Below, in pieces: positions 27,289 through 35,764 of a stretch of DNA of 64,000 nucleotides. Each line of letters opens with the position of its first letter. Positions within the stretch are counted from its first letter, which is position 1. The stretch is from Bacteroidia bacterium. Lineage in GTDB: Bacteria > Bacteroidota > Bacteroidia > SpSt-205. The stretch covers positions 216,224-280,223 of the forward strand of contig BPGW01000001.1 in the NCBI GenBank assembly GCA_026003235.1, in the 5' to 3' direction. Both the position numbers and the translations under genes were made by a program. The notes under the pieces are model-generated. The model was given only the letters and a program-made list of their open reading frames with translations, did no database searches and was not told where the DNA came from.

Positions 27289-27621
27289 GTGGAGACGCCA
27301 GACTTTGCCCTCATTTACATCACCTGCCCGAATGAAGAGGAAGCGGTGCGCATAGCCCGGCTGGTGTTGGAGCGGCGGCTGGCTGCCTGCGCCAACATCG
27401 TGCCCCGCCTGCGTTCGCTCTACTGGTGGAAAGGCCAGATCCAAGAAGAGACAGAATGCCTGCTTCTGCTCAAAGCGCCTTATTTCTACTACGAGGAGGT
27501 GGAGAAGCTTGTGCGGGCTCACCATCCCTACGAAGTGCCGGCTATCGTGCGGCTGCCCCTTACAGCGGGGCTGGAGGAGTATTTTCGGTGGATAGCGGCC
27601 GAGACGAACTTTGACTACTGA
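27289..27621 (+). CDS. cutA: divalent-cation tolerance protein CutA
   Basis: 110 aa, GTG start. IYITCPNEEEAVRIARLVLERRLAACANI...SLYWWKGQI...HPYEVPAI. Confidence 0.88.
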   Translation: METPDFALIYITCPNEEEAVRIARLVLERRLAACANIVPRLRSLYWWKGQIQEETECLLLLKAPYFYYEEVEKLVRAHHPYEVPAIVRLPLTAGLEEYFRWIAAETNFDY

Positions 27622-28421
27622 TGGGTTGGCTGGCCCTCGTGGTGTGGGCGGCGGGGGATTCCACGAGGTGCTTCTGGATAGGGGCAGGCTTGCTGTACGG
27701 CGGCACTTATGCACTACCGATAGCGGCCTGGTACGACTGGCGTACGGCTCGGGGGTGGCGCTTCTTTGACGATGGCCTGGAGTGGAAGCAAATGGACAAG
27801 CTGGGGCACGCTTGGACTACCTATCACCTGGCCTACCTGCTGAAAGACTGGGGCCTGCGCTGCGGGTATGAGGCGGGGCGGGCCCGGATGATGGGCGCCG
27901 TCCTGGCCTGGGCTTATCAGGCCACCGTAGAAGCGGTAGATGGCTTTTTCCCCAAATGGGGAGCTTCGCTCTGGGACCTGGCGGCGAATACCGCGGGCAT
28001 GGGCCTTTTCTGGGTGTCCGAGGCTCTGGAAAGCACCCCCTGGCAGGTCGGCCTGCGGTTTTCTTTCCATCCCACCCCTTATGCCAGGCAGCGGCCTGAT
28101 CTGCTGGGCACAGGCGCAGCCCAGATCCTGAAAGACTACAACGGTCAGACCTATTGGCTCTGCGTGTTTCATCGGCGGGTGCCGGTGGGCTTGGCGCTGG
28201 GCCACGCCGCCGAAGGCCTTTTAGGCGGCTATGGCTACGAAAACCCAGCCCAGATCCAAGCACGCGAAGCCCGCAAGTGGGTCCTGAGTGTGGACCCCAA
28301 CTGGACTTTTTTTCTCCGGCGGCCCTGGTGGAGCCTGCGTATCTTTGTAGCTATAAAAACCCCTTTGCCTGCCCTCGTGTATGCTCGTTCGCAGGTTCGT
28401 CTCGTATGGCTGTATTTTTAG
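27621..28421 (+). CDS. DUF2279-like membrane protein
   Basis: 266 aa, TGATG overlap with cutA. The WRFFDDGLEWKQMDKLGHAWTTY motif resembles DUF2279. Confidence 0.5.
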   Translation: MGWLALVVWAAGDSTRCFWIGAGLLYGGTYALPIAAWYDWRTARGWRFFDDGLEWKQMDKLGHAWTTYHLAYLLKDWGLRCGYEAGRARMMGAVLAWAYQATVEAVDGFFPKWGASLWDLAANTAGMGLFWVSEALESTPWQVGLRFSFHPTPYARQRPDLLGTGAAQILKDYNGQTYWLCVFHRRVPVGLALGHAAEGLLGGYGYENPAQIQAREARKWVLSVDPNWTFFLRRPWWSLRIFVAIKTPLPALVYARSQVRLVWLYF

Positions 28422-29613
28422 CCTTGCGGCCTTTTTGCCGCCGCCGCAGGCTTATCGCGGGCAAGTCAATTCGCTATCTGCCCCAGATACCGTGTGGCTG
28501 TCGCGGCTGCTGGAGCAGCGAGCCCCTCACCTCCAACCCTACCTAAAGGCCGCCCAGCAATACCGCATCCAGATTATCTACACCCAAGTCAATCGGGATG
28601 CCCAAAACCGCCCTATCCTCAAGCATTACGCGTTTCGGCTGGACACGAACGAGTACTTCTACCCGGCCAGCCTGGTCAAGCTACCCTTAGCAGCCTTGGC
28701 GCTGGAACGGCTTGGCGTGCTCAAAGCTCAAGGCCTGACCGTCAAGACGCCTTTTGCACTGCAGCAGGGAAGCGCAGGCTGCCTTGCTCAGGTCCCCTTA
28801 CAAAGGTACTCGGTGGAAGACTGCATTCGGCGCCAGCTGGTGTACAGCGACAATGTGACCTTTGATTACTTATATGCGCTCGTGGGGCCTTCGCATGCGA
28901 TGAAGGCCTTGCGGGAAAGAGGATACACTTCGGTGTATATAGGGCATCGGTTGGGGCGCAGCTGCAGCCCCGCAGAGAATCGCTGCGTGGAAGGGGTGAC
29001 CTTTTACCGCTCTGGCAAGCCGCCCTACACCTTGCCTCCGATGTGCTCGTCGGATACCCTGCGGCACCCTTATGCCGGCCATCCCTACCTTCTCTTTGCC
29101 AACGCCAATGCCCTAAGCCTCAAGGATGCCCATGCGGTCCTCATAAGTTTGATTTTTCCGCAGGCGGTTCGGCCTCGGCAGCGCTTCCAGCTCTCGGTGG
29201 AGGACTACCTGCTCCTGCGCAAATACCTTTCCATGTACCCTTCTGAGGCCAGAGAAGCGGATTTTTCGCCGACCGAGTACCACGACGGCGTGCGGAAGTT
29301 TTTCCTGATGGGGGGCAGCGATAGCGTGCGCCTTCCGTCTCGGATACGCATCTTCAATAAAGTGGGGTTGGCTTACGGGTACCTCTCGGATGTGGCGTAC
29401 ATTGTGGACTTTGATTTGGGGGTGGAGTTTTTCCTGTCGGCGGTGGTGTATGTGGGGGAGTCGCAGGCGGGTTACCCGTCTGCGGCGGGCTATCCCTATG
29501 AGGTAGGGCTGCGCTTTTTGCGGGAGTTAGGCTGGGTGCTCTATCGCTATGAAACCACGCGCCGCAAGCCCTACTTCCCCAACCTGGCCTCCTTTCGGTA
29601 TGACTACCGCTGA
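28381..29613 (+). CDS. serine hydrolase (class A beta-lactamase-related)
   Basis: Signal-like N-terminus. SxxK motif in FYPASLVKLPLAALALERL, and YSDN (SxN). Confidence 0.75.
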   Translation: MLVRRFVSYGCIFSLAAFLPPPQAYRGQVNSLSAPDTVWLSRLLEQRAPHLQPYLKAAQQYRIQIIYTQVNRDAQNRPILKHYAFRLDTNEYFYPASLVKLPLAALALERLGVLKAQGLTVKTPFALQQGSAGCLAQVPLQRYSVEDCIRRQLVYSDNVTFDYLYALVGPSHAMKALRERGYTSVYIGHRLGRSCSPAENRCVEGVTFYRSGKPPYTLPPMCSSDTLRHPYAGHPYLLFANANALSLKDAHAVLISLIFPQAVRPRQRFQLSVEDYLLLRKYLSMYPSEAREADFSPTEYHDGVRKFFLMGGSDSVRLPSRIRIFNKVGLAYGYLSDVAYIVDFDLGVEFFLSAVVYVGESQAGYPSAAGYPYEVGLRFLRELGWVLYRYETTRRKPYFPNLASFRYDYR

Positions 29614-31297
29614 CCAGCGCATCCAGGTTTTGCCCGAATCGGTCATCAACCAGATTGCTGCTGGCGAAGTGGTGCTGCGGCCCGCCTCCGTGATCAAAGA
29701 GCTGGGTGAAAACGCCGTGGACGCCGAGGCCCAGCACATTTCCATCTGGACAGAACAGGGCGGTAAGAGCCTCATCCAAGTGACCGACGACGGGGTGGGT
29801 ATGTCACCCCTGGATGCCGAGCTGTGCTTTGAGCGGCATGCTACGTCTAAAATTCGTTCAGCGCAGGACCTGTACGCCCTCTACACGAAGGGCTTCAGGG
29901 GGGAGGCGCTGGCCAGCATCGCTGCGGTGGCGGAAGTGGAGCTCTTCACGCGCCGGCTCCAAGACACGATCGGCACCCATGTGGTGATGGCTTTCGGCCA
30001 AAAAGTGCGGGTAGAGCCTTTGCGTTGTGCCGCTGGAACTACGGTGATCGTGCGGCGCCTTTTCCAGCGCTTGCCGGTTCGCCGTAAGTCGCTCCGTTCG
30101 GATGCCACCGAGCACCGCCACAATGTGGAGGAGTTCCTTCGCTTGGTGTATCCGCATCCTGAGCGGCATTTCCGCTTTTATCACAACCAGGCGCTTCTTT
30201 ATGACCTGCCTCCTGCTTCTCTGCGGGAGCGGATTCTGGCCTTGTATCCCGAGCTTTCGGCCGAGGACCTTGTGCCTGTGGAGGGTGAGACGCCTTTCTT
30301 TACGGTGAGGGGCTATTTGGTGCTGCCGGAAAAAATCCCGGCCGGTCATCGCGAAGCGTACCTATTCATCAACCAGCGCTACATACGGCATGCCCTCCTG
30401 CAGCAGGGCCTTTTGCAGGTATATAGGCCTCTTTTGCTGGGCGAGACCCGGCCGTTGTACTGGCTCTTTCTGGAGGTGCCGCCCCAGCATGTGGATGTCA
30501 ATGTAACCCCTTCCAAAACCGAAGCCCGCCTCCTGCACGAGCTTGAAGTGCGCACCATGCTAACCAGCATGGTGCGTAAAGCCTTGGCTCAAAGTCACTT
30601 GACTCTGCCCGTAGACTGGCTCCTAAAGCCGACCGAAACCCTGGAGCCAGCGCTGAAAGAACCGCTGCCAGCACCCTCTTCCGGTTCCTCTCGTCCCCTT
30701 CCGCAGCCCTCTCGCGCAGCTGACTCGCTGCCTCTACCGGAAGTGAGCGCCAGGCTTTCTTACCTGCTCTTGCATGGGCGCTACCTCGTGCTGGAATGGG
30801 AAGGACAGGCTTGGCTTGTGGATGTGCGCGCCGCGCATGAACGCATCTTGTACGAGCAGCACCTGAACCGAACTCGCCTCTCGCCGCAAGGGCTCCTTTT
30901 TCCGGTGCACGCGCGGCTCTCGCCCCAGCTGGCTGCCCGCCTGGCGGAGCTCAGGGAGCTTTTGCAGGAGGAAGGCTTTCATCTTGAGGTGCGAGAAGGC
31001 AAAGAAGCGGTGCTCCACGCTCTACCAGCGGGGGTGATGCCAGGGGCCGCTGCGGCGCTCTTGGACCAGCTTTTGGCTCTCCTCCAGGAGCCGGAACTGC
31101 CCCCCGACTGGAGAAACCGCCTGGCCCAACATGTGGCGCGCTACGGCTCACCCCGTCCCCCTTACACCCTCTCGGCTCAAGCGGTGGAAAAAATATGGTC
31201 CGATCTTCTTGCTTGCTCAGACCCTACTTATACCCCTTCTGGCCGCCGGATTCGGTACCTGCTGACTGAAGAGGTCCTGGAGAAGCTTTTCAGCTAA
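29600..31297 (+). CDS. mutL: DNA mismatch repair protein MutL
   Basis: MTTADQRIQVLPESVINQIAAGEVVLRPASVIKELGENAVDA, DDGVGM, GFRGEAL. Confidence 0.93.
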   Translation: MTTADQRIQVLPESVINQIAAGEVVLRPASVIKELGENAVDAEAQHISIWTEQGGKSLIQVTDDGVGMSPLDAELCFERHATSKIRSAQDLYALYTKGFRGEALASIAAVAEVELFTRRLQDTIGTHVVMAFGQKVRVEPLRCAAGTTVIVRRLFQRLPVRRKSLRSDATEHRHNVEEFLRLVYPHPERHFRFYHNQALLYDLPPASLRERILALYPELSAEDLVPVEGETPFFTVRGYLVLPEKIPAGHREAYLFINQRYIRHALLQQGLLQVYRPLLLGETRPLYWLFLEVPPQHVDVNVTPSKTEARLLHELEVRTMLTSMVRKALAQSHLTLPVDWLLKPTETLEPALKEPLPAPSSGSSRPLPQPSRAADSLPLPEVSARLSYLLLHGRYLVLEWEGQAWLVDVRAAHERILYEQHLNRTRLSPQGLLFPVHARLSPQLAARLAELRELLQEEGFHLEVREGKEAVLHALPAGVMPGAAAALLDQLLALLQEPELPPDWRNRLAQHVARYGSPRPPYTLSAQAVEKIWSDLLACSDPTYTPSGRRIRYLLTEEVLEKLFS

Positions 31298-31302
31298 AAA
31301 GC

Positions 31303-31337
31303 ATCCAGGGCAGGAGAACCGCGCTCCGGCCCTGGAT
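31303..31337. terminator. bidirectional hairpin between convergent mutL and the MBL-rhodanese gene
   Basis: ATCCAGGGC (31303-31311) pairs with GCCCTGGAT (31329-31337), with a 17-nt loop. Confidence 0.4.
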
Positions 31338-31355
31338 AAAGGAGGCTTAGAGGCC

Positions 31356-32720
31356 TTACTGGAGACGAGTGATGGCCTCGCTGATATCGTAGACGGGGCT
31401 TCTGCCTGCCGCCAACAAAATGCTGCTTCCTATCGCCGAGCGATACCCCCCTGCACAGTGTACCGCAATGGGCTTACCTGTAGGTACTTCGTGCAAGCGC
31501 TCGCGCAGCTCCGCCAGCCGAATAGGGATGGAGTGGGGCACCAGAGGGTTGGCCCCTACTTCGTCCGGATCGCGCACATCAATCACGGTATAGGAGCGCC
31601 CGTCGTTGCGTAGCACCTCCACATTCGGGAAAAGCTCGGGGCCAGCCTCTTCTGTATACGAGACCCCTACGAAGACGCCCTTCAGGTTTTCCTCATACCC
31701 AATTGCCAGCACTTGCGCTATAGCCGATTCGTAAGCGGCTTGCGAGCTGACAATGAGGTAGTAAGGTTCTTTGGGATCGATCAGGCTCCCCAGCCAGGTG
31801 TTGAAGGACTTGCCGAGAGGGATGTTGATAGCTCCTTTGAGGTGGCCTTGGCGGAAAAGGTAGGCAGGTCGGGCGTCTACGACAGTAGCTTGCGGATCCC
31901 GCTTTTGGGCGCTCTCCGCCGTAAGCGGACCCAACACCTGCACGGTTTTGAGGGCCTCCTCGTAGCCGCTGGGACCTCGGCGATTTACCTCTACGCTGTT
32001 AGGGAAGTACTTGGGAATATGGGGCTGGCCTGTGACCAGCGCTTCAATGAAGGTCGCCTCATCCGCTTGGTGGGCTAACAGAACCGCCCAGTTATCCAGG
32101 CGTTCTACCCCGATGGAGCTGGCGTTGAACTGTTTGAGGGCTTTGCCGCACAAAGTGCCGGCCCCATGCGCAGGGTACACCAGCGTACTATCCTGCAGCA
32201 GGGCAAACATGCGGCGGAGGCTATGGTACATGTCTCGGGCTTGGTCCTCGCGCTGCTTTTGGACATTGCCGGCTTTGCTACGCAGATCGGCCCGTCCTAC
32301 ATCCCCGATAAACAACCAGTCGCCCGTAAACGCCGCATATTCCCGCCCCTGCTCATCGTACAGCACATACGTCATGCTATCGGGGGAGTGCCCCGGCGTA
32401 AGGTAAGCTTTGAGCCGAACCTTCCCAATCCGGATCTCGTCCCCGTCTTTCAGGCCGGTCCACTTAGGGATCAGCAGGCCAATTAGCTCGCTGGCATAAA
32501 CGGTAGCCCCGGTTTTTTGGGCGATGGCCCAATAACTGCTCACAAAGTCAGCGTGGGGATGGGTCAGGAGGCTGGCTACAATCTTGGCGCCAGTGGCCTC
32601 TGCCAGCTCTAAATAGGGGCGCTCATCCCGCCCCGGGTCAATCACCGCCATCTCCCCCTCGCTGATAATCGCATACCCATACTGGGCCAGCGGCTCGTCA
32701 AGAAACTGCTTGACTATCAT
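31356..32720 (-). CDS. MBL-fold persulfide dioxygenase-like protein fused to rhodanese domains
   Basis: 454 aa. THPHADFVSS metallo-beta-lactamase motif, C-terminal rhodanese active-site loop HCAGGYRS. Confidence 0.8.
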   Translation of the reverse strand: MIVKQFLDEPLAQYGYAIISEGEMAVIDPGRDERPYLELAEATGAKIVASLLTHPHADFVSSYWAIAQKTGATVYASELIGLLIPKWTGLKDGDEIRIGKVRLKAYLTPGHSPDSMTYVLYDEQGREYAAFTGDWLFIGDVGRADLRSKAGNVQKQREDQARDMYHSLRRMFALLQDSTLVYPAHGAGTLCGKALKQFNASSIGVERLDNWAVLLAHQADEATFIEALVTGQPHIPKYFPNSVEVNRRGPSGYEEALKTVQVLGPLTAESAQKRDPQATVVDARPAYLFRQGHLKGAINIPLGKSFNTWLGSLIDPKEPYYLIVSSQAAYESAIAQVLAIGYEENLKGVFVGVSYTEEAGPELFPNVEVLRNDGRSYTVIDVRDPDEVGANPLVPHSIPIRLAELRERLHEVPTGKPIAVHCAGGYRSAIGSSILLAAGRSPVYDISEAITRLQ

Positions 32721-32741
32721 AGCACATGAGAGTTTGAAAGG

Positions 32742-33053
32742 TTACCCGCGTTCATATTCCAGGCCAGCTTGGATAAGCTCTCCTACGCTCCCGGCGTTGT
32801 AGGCCTCAAAGCCTTTTTGGCGCATAAAGCCCACTGCGGCTTGGCTGCGCCCGCCCGAAGCGCAAAAGACAATGTAAGTCTTGCTCTTGTCCAGCTTCTC
32901 CACATGGCGGTCAAAGCCATTGTAGAAGTCGGCGTTGAGGGAGCCTTTCACCCGAAGCTGGCGATACTCCGCTGGCGTACGCACGTCCAGAAGGACGTAC
33001 TTGTCTGGATTGGACCGGACCTTTTCTGCGGCTTCAGTTCCTGTGATACGCAT
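32742..33053 (-). CDS. rhodanese-like sulfurtransferase
   Basis: 103 aa, active-site loop FCASGGRS. Confidence 0.85.
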   Translation of the reverse strand: MRITGTEAAEKVRSNPDKYVLLDVRTPAEYRQLRVKGSLNADFYNGFDRHVEKLDKSKTYIVFCASGGRSQAAVGFMRQKGFEAYNAGSVGELIQAGLEYERG

Positions 33054-33072
33054 AGGCTATCTACGGTTTGGG

Positions 33073-33486
33073 TTATTCGGTTGGAAATCCAGCTTGTGCG
33101 ACCGCTCCAAAGCCTCCCATGTTGTAGGCTTTGAAGCCTTTTTTGCGCATGATTTCGGTCGCCATGCCGCTGCGACGGCCCGAAGCGCAGTGGAGGTAGT
33201 AGGTTTTGTCTTTGGGCAGCTTCTCCACCGCGGCTTCAAAGTTTTGGTAGAAGTCCAGATTTTGGGCGCCTCGTACATGGCCGCTCTGGTATTCCTGGGG
33301 TGTGCGCACATCTAAAATCACGACGCCCTGGGGATTGGCCTTCCAAGCTTTGTACGCTTCAGCCGGGGAGACAACAAGCGGCTCGGCCACCGCAGCTTCA
33401 GCGGCTTTGCGTGGGGCTTGCTCTTGTCCGCAGGCCCATCCCGTTAGCGCCAAGAGGATCGGCACTATTGCAACGTGAGTTTTCAT
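33073..33486 (-). CDS. rhodanese-like sulfurtransferase, putative lipoprotein
   Basis: Start at ATG 33486 gives MKTHVAIVPILLALTGWACGQ (lipobox-like). Active-site loop HCASGRRS. The longer track ORF would read through a strong terminator. Confidence 0.8.
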   Translation of the reverse strand: MKTHVAIVPILLALTGWACGQEQAPRKAAEAAVAEPLVVSPAEAYKAWKANPQGVVILDVRTPQEYQSGHVRGAQNLDFYQNFEAAVEKLPKDKTYYLHCASGRRSGMATEIMRKKGFKAYNMGGFGAVAQAGFPTE

Positions 33487-33530
33487 ATCACTGACTAAAA
33501 CGAAAATACCTCCACAAAAGTTCCCGGCCC

Positions 33531-33564
33531 AAAAAAGCTGGGGAGGCCGTGAGGGCCTCCCCAG
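33531..33564 (-). terminator. rho-independent terminator of the T9SS cargo gene
   Basis: Perfect 11-bp stem CTGGGGAGGCC/GGCCTCCCCAG (33538-33564) with a 5-nt loop, followed on the minus strand by CTTTTTT. Confidence 0.75.
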
Positions 33565-33585
33565 GGTGCGTAGCGGCATGAAGGC

Positions 33586-35163
33586 TTATCGTATGACCGG
33601 CACCACGATGCGCTGGCCGCCGTATTGGACGATGTAGACGCCGGGGTCCTTCACAACAAAGCCCATAGCCGTCAGGAAGGGCGAGCTTTCCACCTCAAGG
33701 CGGCGAATCAGGCGGCCATCCAGGGTGTAGAGCTCTATTGGGCCTCCGCGCCCCTGATCAAAGATCTGCAGGTGGATGCTTTCTTGCGCTGCGTCGTACC
33801 AGGCCGTGAAGGGACTGCCAGCGGCGGGGTACCATTCTACCCGCTGGGGTTTGAGGTAGACTTCTGTGCGGCCGTCCTCATAGCCGTAGCGCAAGCGGTA
33901 TAGGTTTTCCCCCACGAAAGGTGAGCGGTCCATATAAGTGGTGATATCGGCGGGAAGCTGAGCGATCGTTTGCCAGGAGACTCCCCCGTCGCCGGAGCGG
34001 TCTATAGCCCAGCCAGCAAGGGAAGCGCCGGCCTCCAAGCGCTGCAGGTCATAGCGCCAGGAGAGGAAGACCCCCTCACCGGAGCGGACCTCTGCCCGAA
34101 AGGCCACCACCGGCTGAGCCAGCGGCGTGCAGTTTAGGGTCATCCCCGGCGGCAAGGTCCAAGTGAGGTTATACCCCTGCGCACCGGCCGTCCAGCCGTT
34201 TATCATGAGGATGTAGTACGAGCCGGCCGTCGCATACAGAGGGGCTACCCAGCCATTGCCGCAAACGTCTTCGCTGTTGTCGGCGTTGCCATTCTGGAGG
34301 CCGGTGCAGGCGCCAGGCGCCCCACAAGGAGGAGGCCCTGGATCCCAAGGATATACAGCATAGGTACACCGTACAGGCGCTCCCAGGCTGCCACAGAGCA
34401 CCGAAAGGTCATTGGTGGCGAAAGGCCCCCAGATGGCAACATCGTAATCATCCGTGCCGTTGGAGGGGCATACGGAGAGCTGGATGTTGCCGGAAGCCCC
34501 CTGCGGCTGGAAGATGTAGAAGTTGGTGTAGTTCTCGTTGGTGACGCAGCCGCCGCACTGCGCTGAGGCTCCAGGCCCGTAGCTTACATCGGTGATTCCA
34601 GCATTTGAGCAGACAGGAGTACTGTTCTGACAGTCCGAGTTGCCGGCCGGCTGGCGCGTGCAGTTGACGCAGGAGAGGTTAGCCGACCACCCAGGTCTTG
34701 TCGTGCTCCAATCTGAGCAGAAGCGAAAGGTCAGGCAGCCGCTGGCATCGGACGAAGTCACCGTGCCTGGCCCTGTCATCCCGCAGCCCCAGAAAAGCAA
34801 TGGGCTATTCTGAGCTGGTCCGTTCCCAATCGCAAGCCAGTCGTAGCAGCACGGCTCACCAGGGCATGATCCACCAAACCAATACCCGCAGCATGTCCAG
34901 AGGAAGCACCCCTGTTCCACATTAAAGCTTGTAAAAGTGGCCCGCAGGCACTGGGTGCTGTTATTGGGGCAGAAGGTCCAGTAGACGAGGGGTATGCTGT
35001 TAGCGTAGTCACTCCCTGAGCCGCCGTTGTCGTAGTAGGTGCCGGAGCAGGTGTGAACCTGGCAGCCGCCGGAGTAGGTGCCTGCCAGGCCGGTGGTGGG
35101 GTGGTTGTAGTTCTGGGCGGAGGCGGCAGCCCAGATCGCTGCTAAGAACCCTATCCGTTTCAT
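33586..35163 (-). CDS. secreted Cys-rich protein with CUB-like N-terminal domain and T9SS C-terminal sorting domain
   Basis: Signal peptide MKRIGFLAAIWAAASAQ. CUB-like spacing: CSGTYYDNGGSGSDY..WTF...ATFTSFNVE...CCYDWLAIGNG...GCG...FRFCSDWSTTRPGW. The C-terminal roughly 70 aa resembles a type A CTD. Confidence 0.6.
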   Translation of the reverse strand: MKRIGFLAAIWAAASAQNYNHPTTGLAGTYSGGCQVHTCSGTYYDNGGSGSDYANSIPLVYWTFCPNNSTQCLRATFTSFNVEQGCFLWTCCGYWFGGSCPGEPCCYDWLAIGNGPAQNSPLLFWGCGMTGPGTVTSSDASGCLTFRFCSDWSTTRPGWSANLSCVNCTRQPAGNSDCQNSTPVCSNAGITDVSYGPGASAQCGGCVTNENYTNFYIFQPQGASGNIQLSVCPSNGTDDYDVAIWGPFATNDLSVLCGSLGAPVRCTYAVYPWDPGPPPCGAPGACTGLQNGNADNSEDVCGNGWVAPLYATAGSYYILMINGWTAGAQGYNLTWTLPPGMTLNCTPLAQPVVAFRAEVRSGEGVFLSWRYDLQRLEAGASLAGWAIDRSGDGGVSWQTIAQLPADITTYMDRSPFVGENLYRLRYGYEDGRTEVYLKPQRVEWYPAAGSPFTAWYDAAQESIHLQIFDQGRGGPIELYTLDGRLIRRLEVESSPFLTAMGFVVKDPGVYIVQYGGQRIVVPVIR

Positions 35164-35561
35164 GGCCGGCTGACTTTTTGAAGGTGTTTCTCAGACGCAG
35201 AGGAGGCCGTACGGCAAGCCTCAGGATGACGGGCGCAGAGTTCGGCCCTGCAGCGTTCGTGGCTCTTGAGCAGCACGCGGTAGGAGCCTATGGTGTAGAG
35301 GCGGTCTTCGGTTTCGTGCCGCTCCAAAAGGCGCGGGTCAAGCCCCTGGATGAATGCCGCCACCGCTTCTGGGGGTGTGCCAGGAGGGGCTTCCACCTCA
35401 AAGCTCTCGGAGAACTCGTACAATAGCCCCTCGTACTTGAGAGGGGTCTTTTCTCGCACTTCGGCTAAGTCCGCCTGGCTGTAGTACTTATAAAGGGCAG
35501 AGGAGAGCGTCTGCCCTGAGGCCCAGCAGAGTACTGCCAGCGAAAGCAGGGTGCTCCGCAT
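35160..35561 (-). CDS. hypothetical secreted protein
   Basis: 133 aa, signal peptide MRSTLLSLAVLCWASGQ. ATGA overlap with the downstream cargo gene. Confidence 0.55.
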   Translation of the reverse strand: MRSTLLSLAVLCWASGQTLSSALYKYYSQADLAEVREKTPLKYEGLLYEFSESFEVEAPPGTPPEAVAAFIQGLDPRLLERHETEDRLYTIGSYRVLLKSHERCRAELCARHPEACRTASSASEKHLQKVSRP

Positions 35562-35565
35562 ACGG

Positions 35566-35573
35566 CAAAGTTA
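35566..35573 (-). promoter_or_regulatory. -7 promoter box TAACTTTG
   Basis: Exact TAnnTTTG on the minus strand, 4 nt upstream of ATG 35561. Confidence 0.45.
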
Positions 35574-35764
35574 AGTAATATTACGGGGCTAATGCAAGCC
35601 CGTTTGGCTCAACGGTAGGAGAGCGCAGCTGAGTGGTAGGTAAGGGCGCCTGAGTAGTCAAAAGTAAGCACCTGAGGAGATTGGCAGGGAGGGGCTGAGG
35701 TATGGGGTTTTTGTGTACCTTAGGGGCAAAATGCAAGCTGTGAGGAAACTACGGGTTTGGGGTA

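Noticed and set aside
35590-35650. tRNA-like D-arm (GGCTCAACGGTAGGAGAGC) in the 200-bp divergent intergenic region. Could be a tRNA fragment or an ncRNA.
   Set aside because: I could not fold an acceptor stem, anticodon arm or T-arm around it. It is most simply promoter-region sequence. A covariance-model scan (Infernal/Rfam, tRNAscan-SE) would settle it.
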